Shown one piece after another: positions 56,033-64,000 of a DNA stretch of 64,000 nt (positions are counted from its first letter, which is position 1; every line of letters begins with the position of its first letter). The stretch lies in contig CAWAMW010000016.1 in the NCBI GenBank assembly GCA_963783305.1, forward strand, positions 32,001-96,000, written 5' to 3'. The position numbers and the translations under genes are program-made. The notes beneath the pieces are model-generated. The model searched no databases. It was not told where the DNA came from and was given only the letters and a program-made list of their open reading frames with translations. Origin of the DNA: an uncultured Gemmatimonadales bacterium (GTDB taxonomy: Bacteria; Gemmatimonadota; Gemmatimonadetes; Longimicrobiales; RSA9).

Positions 56033-57040
56033 CTATTCCTTCTCCACCGGGAGGCCGGCGCCGACCATCTTGTCCCTGAACTCCTCCTCGTACTCTTCGT
56101 AGCCGTGCACGTGGACCGGGTGGTCCCACGGGTTCACGTGCCGCACCGCGCGGTTGTTGTTCGGGAGGTTGCGCGTGGGACTGAGGAAGACGCCCGCCAT
56201 GTGGACGAGCTTGCTGAACGGGAAGTAGGCCAGGAGCACGGACGCCAGGAACAGGTGTCCGAAGAAGAGGGGCGCGATCCCGTCCGGCACCACGGGGTCG
56301 AAGTGCACGAGCCCGAGTGCCAGCTCCTTGATCGCCACCACGTCCGTGTGCGCCAGGTGCCGGAGCCAGAACCCGCTGAGCCCGATCCCCAGGAGCAGGA
56401 AGAGGGGGAAGTAGTCGTTCGGGAGCGAGATGTAGCGCACCTGGGCGTGGGCGAGCCGCCGGTAGAGCAGGTAGCTGGTGCCGAGCAGGAAGAGCACGGT
56501 CGTGATGTAGACTGTGGGCAGCCCCACCTGGACGAAGCCGTCCACGGCGGCCACGCCGGTGACGAGCGCCGGCACGGGTTCGGTGAAGAAGCGGAGGTGC
56601 CGGATCAGGATGAAGAGGAGCGACCAGTGCATGGCCATGGCGGCCGCCCAGAGCGTGAGCGAGGTGCCGTAGACCAGTCGGTCCCCGTTCACCATCGCCG
56701 CGCGGGTGTTCTTGAGGAGCGATCGGAAGACCAGCACCTCGAGCGCCACCCGGCCCGCCGCGCCCAGACGGCTGTGCGGGTTGTCGAGGCGGGCGTGCCG
56801 GATCCACGGCAGCGACTTCTGCTGACCGCTGGTCGTGGTGATCCGGAACGGCACGGGCACCCGCGCCCAGCCGAGCACCCGGTGGACCAGCCCCGCCAGG
56901 AAGAGGAAAATGGCGAGGTACGGGATCACGACGCCCAGGAGGAACCCCAGGCCGAGGGAAGCGCCCACCAGGGCGATCCCGAACAGCGTCGAGACGACCA
57001 CCAGGGGAAGCAGGACCTTCGTGAGCGGGCCGGCCGTCAT
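56033..57040 (-). CDS. dsrM: DsrM (NarI-like membrane cytochrome b)
   Basis: PVPFRITTTSGQQKSL, FRSLLKNT, RHLRFF, YFPFSKLVH, SPTRN. Confidence 0.95.
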   Translation of the reverse strand: MTAGPLTKVLLPLVVVSTLFGIALVGASLGLGFLLGVVIPYLAIFLFLAGLVHRVLGWARVPVPFRITTTSGQQKSLPWIRHARLDNPHSRLGAAGRVALEVLVFRSLLKNTRAAMVNGDRLVYGTSLTLWAAAMAMHWSLLFILIRHLRFFTEPVPALVTGVAAVDGFVQVGLPTVYITTVLFLLGTSYLLYRRLAHAQVRYISLPNDYFPLFLLLGIGLSGFWLRHLAHTDVVAIKELALGLVHFDPVVPDGIAPLFFGHLFLASVLLAYFPFSKLVHMAGVFLSPTRNLPNNNRAVRHVNPWDHPVHVHGYEEYEEEFRDKMVGAGLPVEKE

Positions 57041-57633
57041 CGGGAATCCTCCATTCGCGCGTGCGTGCGTGCACGCGATCCCTGGATCTGCACGGGCACC
57101 TGCCCTGGCTCGCTCGCGGAGTCCGTGGAGGCCGCGACCCCGTTCAGCCGGTCCACGATCCAGCCGACGTGTCGCCGCATCTCGCTCACCCTGAGCTGCG
57201 CCAGCTCCTCGCGGAGCGAGACATAGACGTCGAACGCCACGAGGGCGAGGTGATCGACCCGGTCCTCGAACGCGCGGAGCTCGCCGGGGTCGACGTCGGT
57301 GCCATCGTCCGCGGCCAGACGGGCGCGAACAATGGACTTCAGCTCGAGGACGAAGCCCACTGCGGTGGACGGTGCGATCTGCTGCACGGCCCGGATCCGG
57401 AGCATCTCGGAGAGCGGTGCGGCCAACGCCGGTGTGATTGGGTCGCCCGCGGCGAGAGAGCGGAAGAGCGCGCGGGTACCCTGCCGTACGGAATGTCCAA
57501 TCGGGTTGGCGAACCGGTCGGTGGGTCGGCGGAGCAGCGCGCCGCCCTCGGCCGGGTAGGCCGCCAGGACGCGGTCGAGCCAGAGCTCGACCATCGTGTC
57601 CTCCCGTTCCTCCAGTAGCTGTCGCAGCATCAT
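57037..57633 (-). CDS. dsrT: DsrT (RsbRD N-terminal-like)
   Basis: DRFANPIG, IRAVQQIAPSTAVGFV, LALVAFDVY; immediately upstream of dsrM. Confidence 0.88.
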   Translation of the reverse strand: MMLRQLLEEREDTMVELWLDRVLAAYPAEGGALLRRPTDRFANPIGHSVRQGTRALFRSLAAGDPITPALAAPLSEMLRIRAVQQIAPSTAVGFVLELKSIVRARLAADDGTDVDPGELRAFEDRVDHLALVAFDVYVSLREELAQLRVSEMRRHVGWIVDRLNGVAASTDSASEPGQVPVQIQGSRARTHARMEDSR

Positions 57634-57710
57634 GACCTCGGCGCGCCGCTTGTCGAGCGCGCATCCTTCGTTCGGCCGGCTCCCGCGCCGGCATGGGAAC
57701 ACCAGCGCCG

Positions 57711-57750
57711 TGGCCGGCCGGCCGCGCGTCGAGGCGCGGTCGGCCGGCTA
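57711..57750 (-). terminator. Long imperfect hairpin just after the dsrC stop
   Basis: tggccggccggccgcgc-gtcgag-gcgcggtcggccggcta, a ~17-bp stem with 2 mismatches. Confidence 0.5.
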
Positions 57751-57755
57751 TGGCG

Positions 57756-58073
57756 TCAGACGCAGCCCGTGGGCTTCGGCAGGCCCGCCACCTTGCAGGC
57801 GCCCTTCGCCGGTCCACTGGGGAAGAGGTCGTAGATCTCCTTGAGCTTGAAGTCCGTCTCCTTGCAGAGCTTGCGGACCATGGGAGCCATGTTGTACTCG
57901 AGGTAGTAGTTCCGGAGGTAGTTCACGACCCTCCAGTGCTGCTCGGTCAGCACCTCGACCGCCTCGGTCTTCGCCAGGTCCGCTGCGACGGCCTCGTCCC
58001 AGCCGGCCGGGTCCTGGATGAACCCGTCCTCGTCGATGTCGAGTAGCTTCCCACCCAATTGCACCTGTGCCAT
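57756..58073 (-). CDS. dsrC: DsrC with both C-terminal cysteines
   Basis: 105 aa; DEDGF, HWRVVNYLR, LFPSGPAKGACKVAGLPKPTGCV (C-X10-C). Confidence 0.97.
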   Translation of the reverse strand: MAQVQLGGKLLDIDEDGFIQDPAGWDEAVAADLAKTEAVEVLTEQHWRVVNYLRNYYLEYNMAPMVRKLCKETDFKLKEIYDLFPSGPAKGACKVAGLPKPTGCV

Positions 58074-58144
58074 CGATCCCTCCGTTGCTGAGCCGCTCGC
58101 GCGACTCCTGAGTTCCCGGCTGCTGCACGCAGCCGCGGCTGCCT

Positions 58145-58537
58145 TCAGGCGAACTCCAGCTCCACACGCGGGCCGCACTGGAGCGTCGCGGGAACGGGGA
58201 ACCGCGAGGCCAGGCCTCGCAGCTCCTCCCGCGCCGACTCCGGCACATCCTCCGGGAGCTCCACGTCCACGACGAAGCTCGACACCCGCTTCGGGTCCTG
58301 GACCAGCTCCGCGGTGAGGCTCACACCCACGTCCCCCCGGGTGTAGCCGTGCTCGGTGCAGTACTTCTGGACCATGATGGCCAGGCAGCCGCCCAGCGCG
58401 GCCGCCAGCAGCTCCACCGGGTTCAACCCGCCATCCGCGCCCCCCTCCGCCGCCGACATGTCGGTGACGATCCGGTGGTCGCGGAGCCCGATGGTGAAGG
58501 CCAGACCTTCCCGCCTCGTTACGGTCAACAGGTCCAT
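58145..58537 (-). CDS. OsmC/YhfA family protein
   Basis: GGADGGLNPVELLAAALGGC. Confidence 0.85.
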   Translation of the reverse strand: MDLLTVTRREGLAFTIGLRDHRIVTDMSAAEGGADGGLNPVELLAAALGGCLAIMVQKYCTEHGYTRGDVGVSLTAELVQDPKRVSSFVVDVELPEDVPESAREELRGLASRFPVPATLQCGPRVELEFA

Positions 58538-58553
58538 GATTCGATCCCTTCCG

Positions 58554-59816
58554 CTACTTCGCCGCCGTCCCCGTGGCGGCGCCGTGAAGCTTGACTTCCA
58601 CCTTCTCCTCCAGCGTGTCGTAGAACGCACGCAGGTGCTCGATCACCTCCGGCTTGCTGAACTGCGTTGGCACCGGCTTGCCCTCGGACATGAGCTTCCG
58701 GAGCATGGTGCCGGAGAGGAGGAGACGGGCGCCGGAGACGTAGTTCCCGTCGTCGTCGATGATGGCCTTGGACTCGTGCGGGCACGTCTTCATGGAGGCC
58801 ATCTCGCCGCACTCGTAGCAGTAGAACGTCCAGTCCATCTTCAGCGGCTGGGTCAACAGCCCGCCCTCCGGGATCTCGTTGAAGATCTCCTGGGCGTCGA
58901 ACGGGCCGTAGTAGTCGCCCACACCGGCGTGGTCGCGGCCCACGATCAGGTGCGAGCAGCCGTAGTTCTGGCGGAAGAGCGCGTGCAGCAGCGCCTCACG
59001 CGGCCCCGCGTACCGCATATCGAGCGGATAGCCGCCCTGCACGACGCGCTCGGGCCGGAAGTAGTTCTGGACCAGCGCGTCGATGCACTTCACCCGCGTC
59101 TCGGCCGGGATGTCGCCGGGCTTGAGCGCGCCCAGCAGCTGGTGGATGTACACGCCGTCGGTCACCTCGATGGCGACCTTGGCCAGGTACGCGTGGGACT
59201 GGTGCATGGGGTTGCGAAGCTGCAGCGCCGCCACCGTGTGCCAGCCCCGCTCCTCGAAGATCGCCCGCGCGTCGGCCGGCCTCTGGTAGATCCCCGCGAA
59301 CTCCGTGGGGAAGTTGCCCTCGCTCAGAACCTGGATCGGCCCGCCAATGTTCACGTCGCGCTGGGCCATGACCTGCGCCACACCGGGGTGCTCGGTGTCC
59401 GTGGTGCGGAAGACCTCCCGGCACTCCAGCTCCCGGTCGATGGTGTACTTCTCCCGTACCGTCATGATCGCCATGACGACGCCCGTCTCCTCGTCGAAGA
59501 GGGTGACCTCCTCGCCATCCTGGAGCTGGTCGGCGACCTCCTTCGTGACCGACATGGTCACCGGGATCGGCCAGAACGTGCCGTCCGCCAGCCGCATCTC
59601 GGTGACGGCGCCCTTCCAGTCGTCGTGGCCCATGAATCCGTAGAGAGGCGTGAAGCCGCCGATCCCCATCATGATCGCGTCCCCGACCTCGCGGGACGTC
59701 ATGGGGATCTTCCGCAGCATCTCCGCCCGGTTCTGCGCGTCGCGCAGCTCGTCGCCCTCCAGCATCAGGGGCTTGAGCACCCCGTCCTTGCCGTGTGGCT
59801 TCACCAGCTGAGACAT
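58554..59816 (-). CDS. sat: Sulfate adenylyltransferase
   Basis: [34 protein letters not shown], Zn site CYEC..CPH. Confidence 0.97.
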   Translation of the reverse strand: MSQLVKPHGKDGVLKPLMLEGDELRDAQNRAEMLRKIPMTSREVGDAIMMGIGGFTPLYGFMGHDDWKGAVTEMRLADGTFWPIPVTMSVTKEVADQLQDGEEVTLFDEETGVVMAIMTVREKYTIDRELECREVFRTTDTEHPGVAQVMAQRDVNIGGPIQVLSEGNFPTEFAGIYQRPADARAIFEERGWHTVAALQLRNPMHQSHAYLAKVAIEVTDGVYIHQLLGALKPGDIPAETRVKCIDALVQNYFRPERVVQGGYPLDMRYAGPREALLHALFRQNYGCSHLIVGRDHAGVGDYYGPFDAQEIFNEIPEGGLLTQPLKMDWTFYCYECGEMASMKTCPHESKAIIDDDGNYVSGARLLLSGTMLRKLMSEGKPVPTQFSKPEVIEHLRAFYDTLEEKVEVKLHGAATGTAAK

Positions 59817-59890
59817 GAATCCGTTCCTCTCTCGGGCCTCGATCGGCCCGTGCAGTGTCGGGGGCCGCGGCGCGGCCCCGGTCTAGCGCA

Positions 59891-61108
59891 TCACCCGTTC
59901 GCCCCCGCGAGCCGCACCGGCCGCGCGTGCGCGACACGGTCGGTCTGCACGGCGTACGTCATGGCCAGCGTGCGGTACCACATGTGGGCGAACTTCGAGT
60001 ACGGCAGGTACACCAACAGCCCGAACACCAGGACGAGGTGCGCGAAGTAGACGACGTAGGCCGTGTACTCCACGGTGCCCATGGTTTCCGGGGTCACCAC
60101 GAACCGGAACACCTGGGTGGCGAAGCCCGTCACGCCGACCCAGAAGAGGAGCCCGATGAAGGTCCAGTCGAACGGCGTGCTCCGGTGCTTTCCGTCCGTC
60201 GGGGCATTCAGGCGGTCCAGAATCGCCTTGCCCGTTCCCACGATCAGGATGACCCCGCCGATATTGGCGAGGATCTTCATGGGGTGGAGGAGGTCGAACG
60301 GGTACAGGCTCGCGACCCCCACCATGGGCATGAAGTACAGGTCCACCACGGCCCACACCGTGACCACGAAGAGGGCGAGGAACCCGTAGAACGCGAGCAT
60401 GTGGGCGAGCTTCCGCTGCTTCTGGTCCCCGCAGTTCCCGAAGCGCCGGTGGAGGAAGATGTCCCCCAGCGCGACGGCAAGGCTCGGCAGGAAGCTCCCT
60501 TGGGCTGCCGCCCTCCCGGCGACCGCGTCCTGCGCCTTCATCCCCGACCAGAAGCGGGTAAGACCGCCGATCAGCCCGACGAACGCCAGGAGCGTGAACG
60601 AGGTGTAGAACCCGATGAGCAGCCAGTGCGGGAACAGTTGAGCGTAAAACGCCTCGTGGCCGCCGTGCAGTCCCAGCGCGTTGGCCAGCGGGTCCCGCAC
60701 CAGGAGCGCGGCCGCGAGCAGCAGCGCGGGAACGAGCAGCAGCATGAAGGGCGTGGCACGAACGGAGTTCACCCACCGCGCGACGGCCTGCGGGATCGCA
60801 TAATGCTCGATGGTCTGCTGCCGGATCGCCGCGAGCACGTCCCCCGGCCGCGCACCCCGGGGACAGCGCATCGAGCAGTCGTTGCACTGGTGGCAGAGCC
60901 AAATGTCGGGGTCCGCCACCAGCTTCTCCTTCAGACCCCACTGCGCCCAGAGCATCTCCTTGCGGGGGAACGCGTTAGTCTCGCACGCCAGCTCGCAGAC
61001 CACCGAGCAGGTGGCGCACTGGAAGCACTTCTTCAGGTCGCCCCCGCCCGACGCCATCACCGCTTCGACGAACTCCCGATCCGGACGCATCGCCACAGCC
61101 TGGGACAT
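59891..61108 (-). CDS. qmoC: QmoC
   Basis: CFQCATCSVVC, FPRKEM, WLCHQCNDCSMRCPRGARPGDV; TM region ending PYSKFAH. Confidence 0.95.
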   Translation of the reverse strand: MSQAVAMRPDREFVEAVMASGGGDLKKCFQCATCSVVCELACETNAFPRKEMLWAQWGLKEKLVADPDIWLCHQCNDCSMRCPRGARPGDVLAAIRQQTIEHYAIPQAVARWVNSVRATPFMLLLVPALLLAAALLVRDPLANALGLHGGHEAFYAQLFPHWLLIGFYTSFTLLAFVGLIGGLTRFWSGMKAQDAVAGRAAAQGSFLPSLAVALGDIFLHRRFGNCGDQKQRKLAHMLAFYGFLALFVVTVWAVVDLYFMPMVGVASLYPFDLLHPMKILANIGGVILIVGTGKAILDRLNAPTDGKHRSTPFDWTFIGLLFWVGVTGFATQVFRFVVTPETMGTVEYTAYVVYFAHLVLVFGLLVYLPYSKFAHMWYRTLAMTYAVQTDRVAHARPVRLAGANG

Positions 61109-61120
61109 GGATCCCCTCCT

Positions 61121-63370
61121 CTACATGCCCTTGAAGGGATTGAGGCCGACGGCGTCCACCTCCGCGGCGAACTCGTCGATGATCTCCGGCAGGCGGCGGA
61201 ACTGGTCGATGGGGAGCTGGACCAGCCGCACCCGCTCCTCCTCCAGCGCCAGCTGCTGGAGCTTCTCCCGGACGTTCTTGCTCCGGGTCTCCATCAGCTC
61301 GCTGCCCCGGATGTAGTGGCACTGGTAATCCTCACCGGAACGGCAGCCCACGAGCAGCACGCCGTCGAAGCCGCGCGCCAGCGCGTCGGCCACCCAGACC
61401 ACGTTCACCGAGCCCAGGCAGCGCACCGGGATGAACCGGATGAACGCCGAGTGGCGGATGCGGTTGAGGCCGGCGGCGTCCAGGGCCGGGTAGCCGTCGT
61501 TCTCGCAGAGGAATCCCAGCAGACGCGGCTTCTCATCCCATTCGTCCGGGATGTTCACCGCCTTGATCATCGAAGACACGATCTCCGGTGAGTAATCGTC
61601 GAAGGAGATGATCCGCTCGGGGCATGCCCCCATGCAGATGCCGCAGCGGCGGCACCGGAGCGGGTTCGGCTGCGGCGTGCCCTTGGCGTCCTCGTTGAGC
61701 GTGCCGAACGGGCACTCCTCCGTGCAGCGCTTGCACTGGGTGCACCGCTGGAGCGCGAACTCCGGGTGCGACATGTCGCCCCAGCGCGGGTGCACCGTCT
61801 CGCCCTTCGCCGCCAGCACCACCGTCTGGATCGCCTTGAGCGCTGCGCCCGAGCCGTCCTCCCGCGCCATCATGGAGTCCTGCGGCGCCCGGACCGCGCC
61901 CGCCGCGTAGATGCCCGTCCGGCGGGTTTCGTACGGGAAGCAGATGAAGTGGGAGTCCGGGAAGTCGTACTTCAGCACCGGCAGGTCCGGCCCCTGGCGG
62001 TAGCCGAGGCCCAGGACCGACTCGCCCTCCAGGTGGGCGAGCGACTCCACGGTGGCCTTGGCCGCCTCGAGCTGTGCGCCCTGCTCGTCCTTGCCGACGA
62101 TCGCCTTCGCATCCGTGTAGCGGCGGAGCGCCTCTCCGTCCACGGAGCGCGGCACCATCCCCGTGGCGAGGACGACCAGGTCGGCCTCGATGTCGATGGC
62201 GTCGCCCAGGAGGGAGTGCTCGCCGTGGACCACGAGCGCGTCGCCCGACGGCTCCACGCCCGTCACATCGGCCTTGGTGAAGAAGATGCCGCTGTCCTCC
62301 TGCGCCCGGCGGTAGAGCTCCTCGTACTGCCCCGGGGTGCGGATATCCTTGTAGAGGACGTAGACCTCGGCCCGGGGGTCGAGCTCGCGGGCGACGAGCG
62401 CCTGCTTGATGCTCACCCGGCAGCAGACCGCGGAGCAGTAGGGCAGGTGATCGGCGTCGCGGGACCCGGCGCACTGGATGAACGCGATGCGGCGCGGCGG
62501 AGCGTCGTCGCCCGGCCGATGGATCCGGCCCGCGGCGATCATCTCCTCCATCTGCACGTTGGTGATCACGTTCGGGGAGTGGCCGTAGCCGAGGTGCCCG
62601 AGGCGAGACGCGTCGTACGGCTTCCAGCCGGTGGCCTGGACGATGGACCCGGCGCGCACAGCCGTGGCGCCGTCGTTGGACCGGAGCGAGACATCGAACT
62701 GCCCCGGCTGGCCCGTGATCTCCTCGATGGTCGTGCCCGTGTGGACCGTGATACGGGGGTCCGCCTCCACCTGCATGACCTGGTCGGCGACCCTGGAGAC
62801 CTCTACGTCCCGATAAGGCGGGCGGTGCTGAAGCTGACGGGCGAACCGGCCCATCCAGCCGCCGAGCCGATCCTCCTTCTCCACCAGGACCACCGCGTGG
62901 CCGGCACGTGCGCCATCCAGCGCAGCGCTCATCCCCGCCACACCGCCACCCACCACCAGGATCGTTTGGTCCACCTCCTCCTGGACGGGGTGCGGGACGT
63001 GGGCCTTCGTCACGCGCACGATGCCCATCCGCAGATAATCCTCGGCGAGCATCTGGGTGTCCTCGTCGTTCGGCTCGTGGCTCCACACCACGTGCTCGCG
63101 CAGGTTCACCCGCTCCGTCTGGACGCCCTCGAACGTGAACGCGTCCGCCATCACCCGCGGGGAGCACCCGGCCACCACGATGGCGGTCACGCCCTCCTCA
63201 CGGATGTCCCGCCCGATCTGCTCCCGCCCCTCGTCCCCGCACAGACACGCGTGCTCCCGGCACGTACCAATCCCCTGCTCGCCCGTGGCCACCCCGGCCA
63301 GCGCCGTGAGGTCCAGGGAGTCGCCGATTCCGCACCCGCTGCAGACGTATACCGCCGTGTTCTTATCCAT
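61121..63370 (-). CDS. qmoB: QmoB (HdrA-like fused to MvhD)
   Basis: YRQGPDLP, DSHFICFPYETRRTGIY, CTQCKRCTEECP, CENDGYPALD, PVRCLGS. Confidence 0.95.
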   Translation of the reverse strand: MDKNTAVYVCSGCGIGDSLDLTALAGVATGEQGIGTCREHACLCGDEGREQIGRDIREEGVTAIVVAGCSPRVMADAFTFEGVQTERVNLREHVVWSHEPNDEDTQMLAEDYLRMGIVRVTKAHVPHPVQEEVDQTILVVGGGVAGMSAALDGARAGHAVVLVEKEDRLGGWMGRFARQLQHRPPYRDVEVSRVADQVMQVEADPRITVHTGTTIEEITGQPGQFDVSLRSNDGATAVRAGSIVQATGWKPYDASRLGHLGYGHSPNVITNVQMEEMIAAGRIHRPGDDAPPRRIAFIQCAGSRDADHLPYCSAVCCRVSIKQALVARELDPRAEVYVLYKDIRTPGQYEELYRRAQEDSGIFFTKADVTGVEPSGDALVVHGEHSLLGDAIDIEADLVVLATGMVPRSVDGEALRRYTDAKAIVGKDEQGAQLEAAKATVESLAHLEGESVLGLGYRQGPDLPVLKYDFPDSHFICFPYETRRTGIYAAGAVRAPQDSMMAREDGSGAALKAIQTVVLAAKGETVHPRWGDMSHPEFALQRCTQCKRCTEECPFGTLNEDAKGTPQPNPLRCRRCGICMGACPERIISFDDYSPEIVSSMIKAVNIPDEWDEKPRLLGFLCENDGYPALDAAGLNRIRHSAFIRFIPVRCLGSVNVVWVADALARGFDGVLLVGCRSGEDYQCHYIRGSELMETRSKNVREKLQQLALEEERVRLVQLPIDQFRRLPEIIDEFAAEVDAVGLNPFKGM

Positions 63371-64000
63371 GGCTCTGTCCCCCCGCCATGGCCGGGACGG
63401 GCTCGTCCGCGGCCGGTTCCATCGTACCGATCGCGTCCGGCGCGGCCCCGGCGACCCCGAGGGCGCGGATCGCTCCCGCCGTGGCGTCGCGCACACACGC
63501 AGCCACGTCGATGGGGCGCTTGGCGCAGCCCACGGGCAACATCCCGGGTAGCGGCTGGTCCGGCGCCAGGAACCCGAAGTCGTCGGTCTCCATCCCGCCC
63601 TCCAGGCGCGCGCCGCCGATCCCCGCGGGGATCATCCCCGTAGCCAGGACCACCAGGTCCACCACGCGGCGGACCCGCTCGCCCGTGAGCGTGTCCTCGG
63701 CCTCCACCTCGAGCCCGTCTCCCTCAGGCGTCACCCGCCCGACCTTGCCTTTGATGAGCGTGAGCTTCTCGTCCGTCTGCGATGCGGCGTAGAAGTCCTC
63801 GAGGCGTCCGGGTGCCCGGATGTCGATGTAGAAGACGTAGATCTCGGCGTCCGGATAGCGGGCGCGGACGTAGCGCGCCTGCTTGAGCGAGGCCAGGCAG
63901 CAGACGCCCGAGCAGTGCCGGTAGTGGTTTTCGTCCCTCGACCCGGCGCACTGGACGAACGCCACGGAGCGGATGGGATCGCCGTTCGAGGGCCTCACGA
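63363..64000 (-). CDS. qmoA: QmoA, 5' part outside the window
   Basis: FVQCAGSRDEN, CSGVCCLASLKQ, YIDIRAPG, GCAKRPIDV; directly upstream of qmoB. Confidence 0.9.
   Translation of the reverse strand, partial: VRPSNGDPIRSVAFVQCAGSRDENHYRHCSGVCCLASLKQARYVRARYPDAEIYVFYIDIRAPGRLEDFYAASQTDEKLTLIKGKVGRVTPEGDGLEVEAEDTLTGERVRRVVDLVVLATGMIPAGIGGARLEGGMETDDFGFLAPDQPLPGMLPVGCAKRPIDVAACVRDATAGAIRALGVAGAAPDAIGTMEPAADEPVPAMAGGQSHG

Noticed and set aside
57756..58073. TusE/RspA tRNA-thiolation protein
   Set aside because: Both C-terminal Cys are present and the gene lies in the dsr operon.
29319..63792. Numerous long plus-strand ORFs over the sulfur island
   Set aside because: Antisense shadows of well-supported minus-strand genes, with no recognisable motifs.
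1..64000. rRNA, tRNA, riboswitch or IS element
   Set aside because: None recognisable by eye; a covariance-model scan (tRNAscan-SE/Infernal) is needed to exclude small RNAs.

Overview
GC-rich bacterial window, most plausibly from a Gemmatimonadota-like host. That assignment is inferred from the flanking gene repertoire (BTAD-TPR regulator, BNR/VPS10-like propeller, lipoprotein amidase), not proven. The left part (1-26.8 kb) holds housekeeping and envelope genes: a CLC channel, a BNR propeller, pyk and an amidase. It also holds a ~14 kb co-directional operon of uncharacterised secreted proteins: a BTAD-TPR activator, a Cys-less transglutaminase-like protein, an Ig-repeat lipoprotein, a giant double-VWA lipoprotein, an RDD protein and four further exported proteins. 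The right part (26.9-64 kb) is a contiguous dissimilatory sulfur island: qmoA(partial)BC-sat-osmC-dsrC-T-MKJOP-AB-D-L-N, then siroheme synthesis genes, two TSUP transporters, one DASS transporter, three cytidylate-kinase-like proteins and a phosphorelay with no DNA-binding output. The most striking unexplained signals are: (i) an unannotated 86-aa microprotein that is a stand-alone copy (23/40 identical) of the linker of the tandem-receiver regulator; (ii) a CxxCH heme-c motif inserted in the extracytoplasmic Cache domain of the island's sensor kinase; (iii) the secreted TGase-like/VWA operon, whose VWA gene carries a G-homopolymer frameshift. No rRNA, tRNA, CRISPR array or transposase was recognised.
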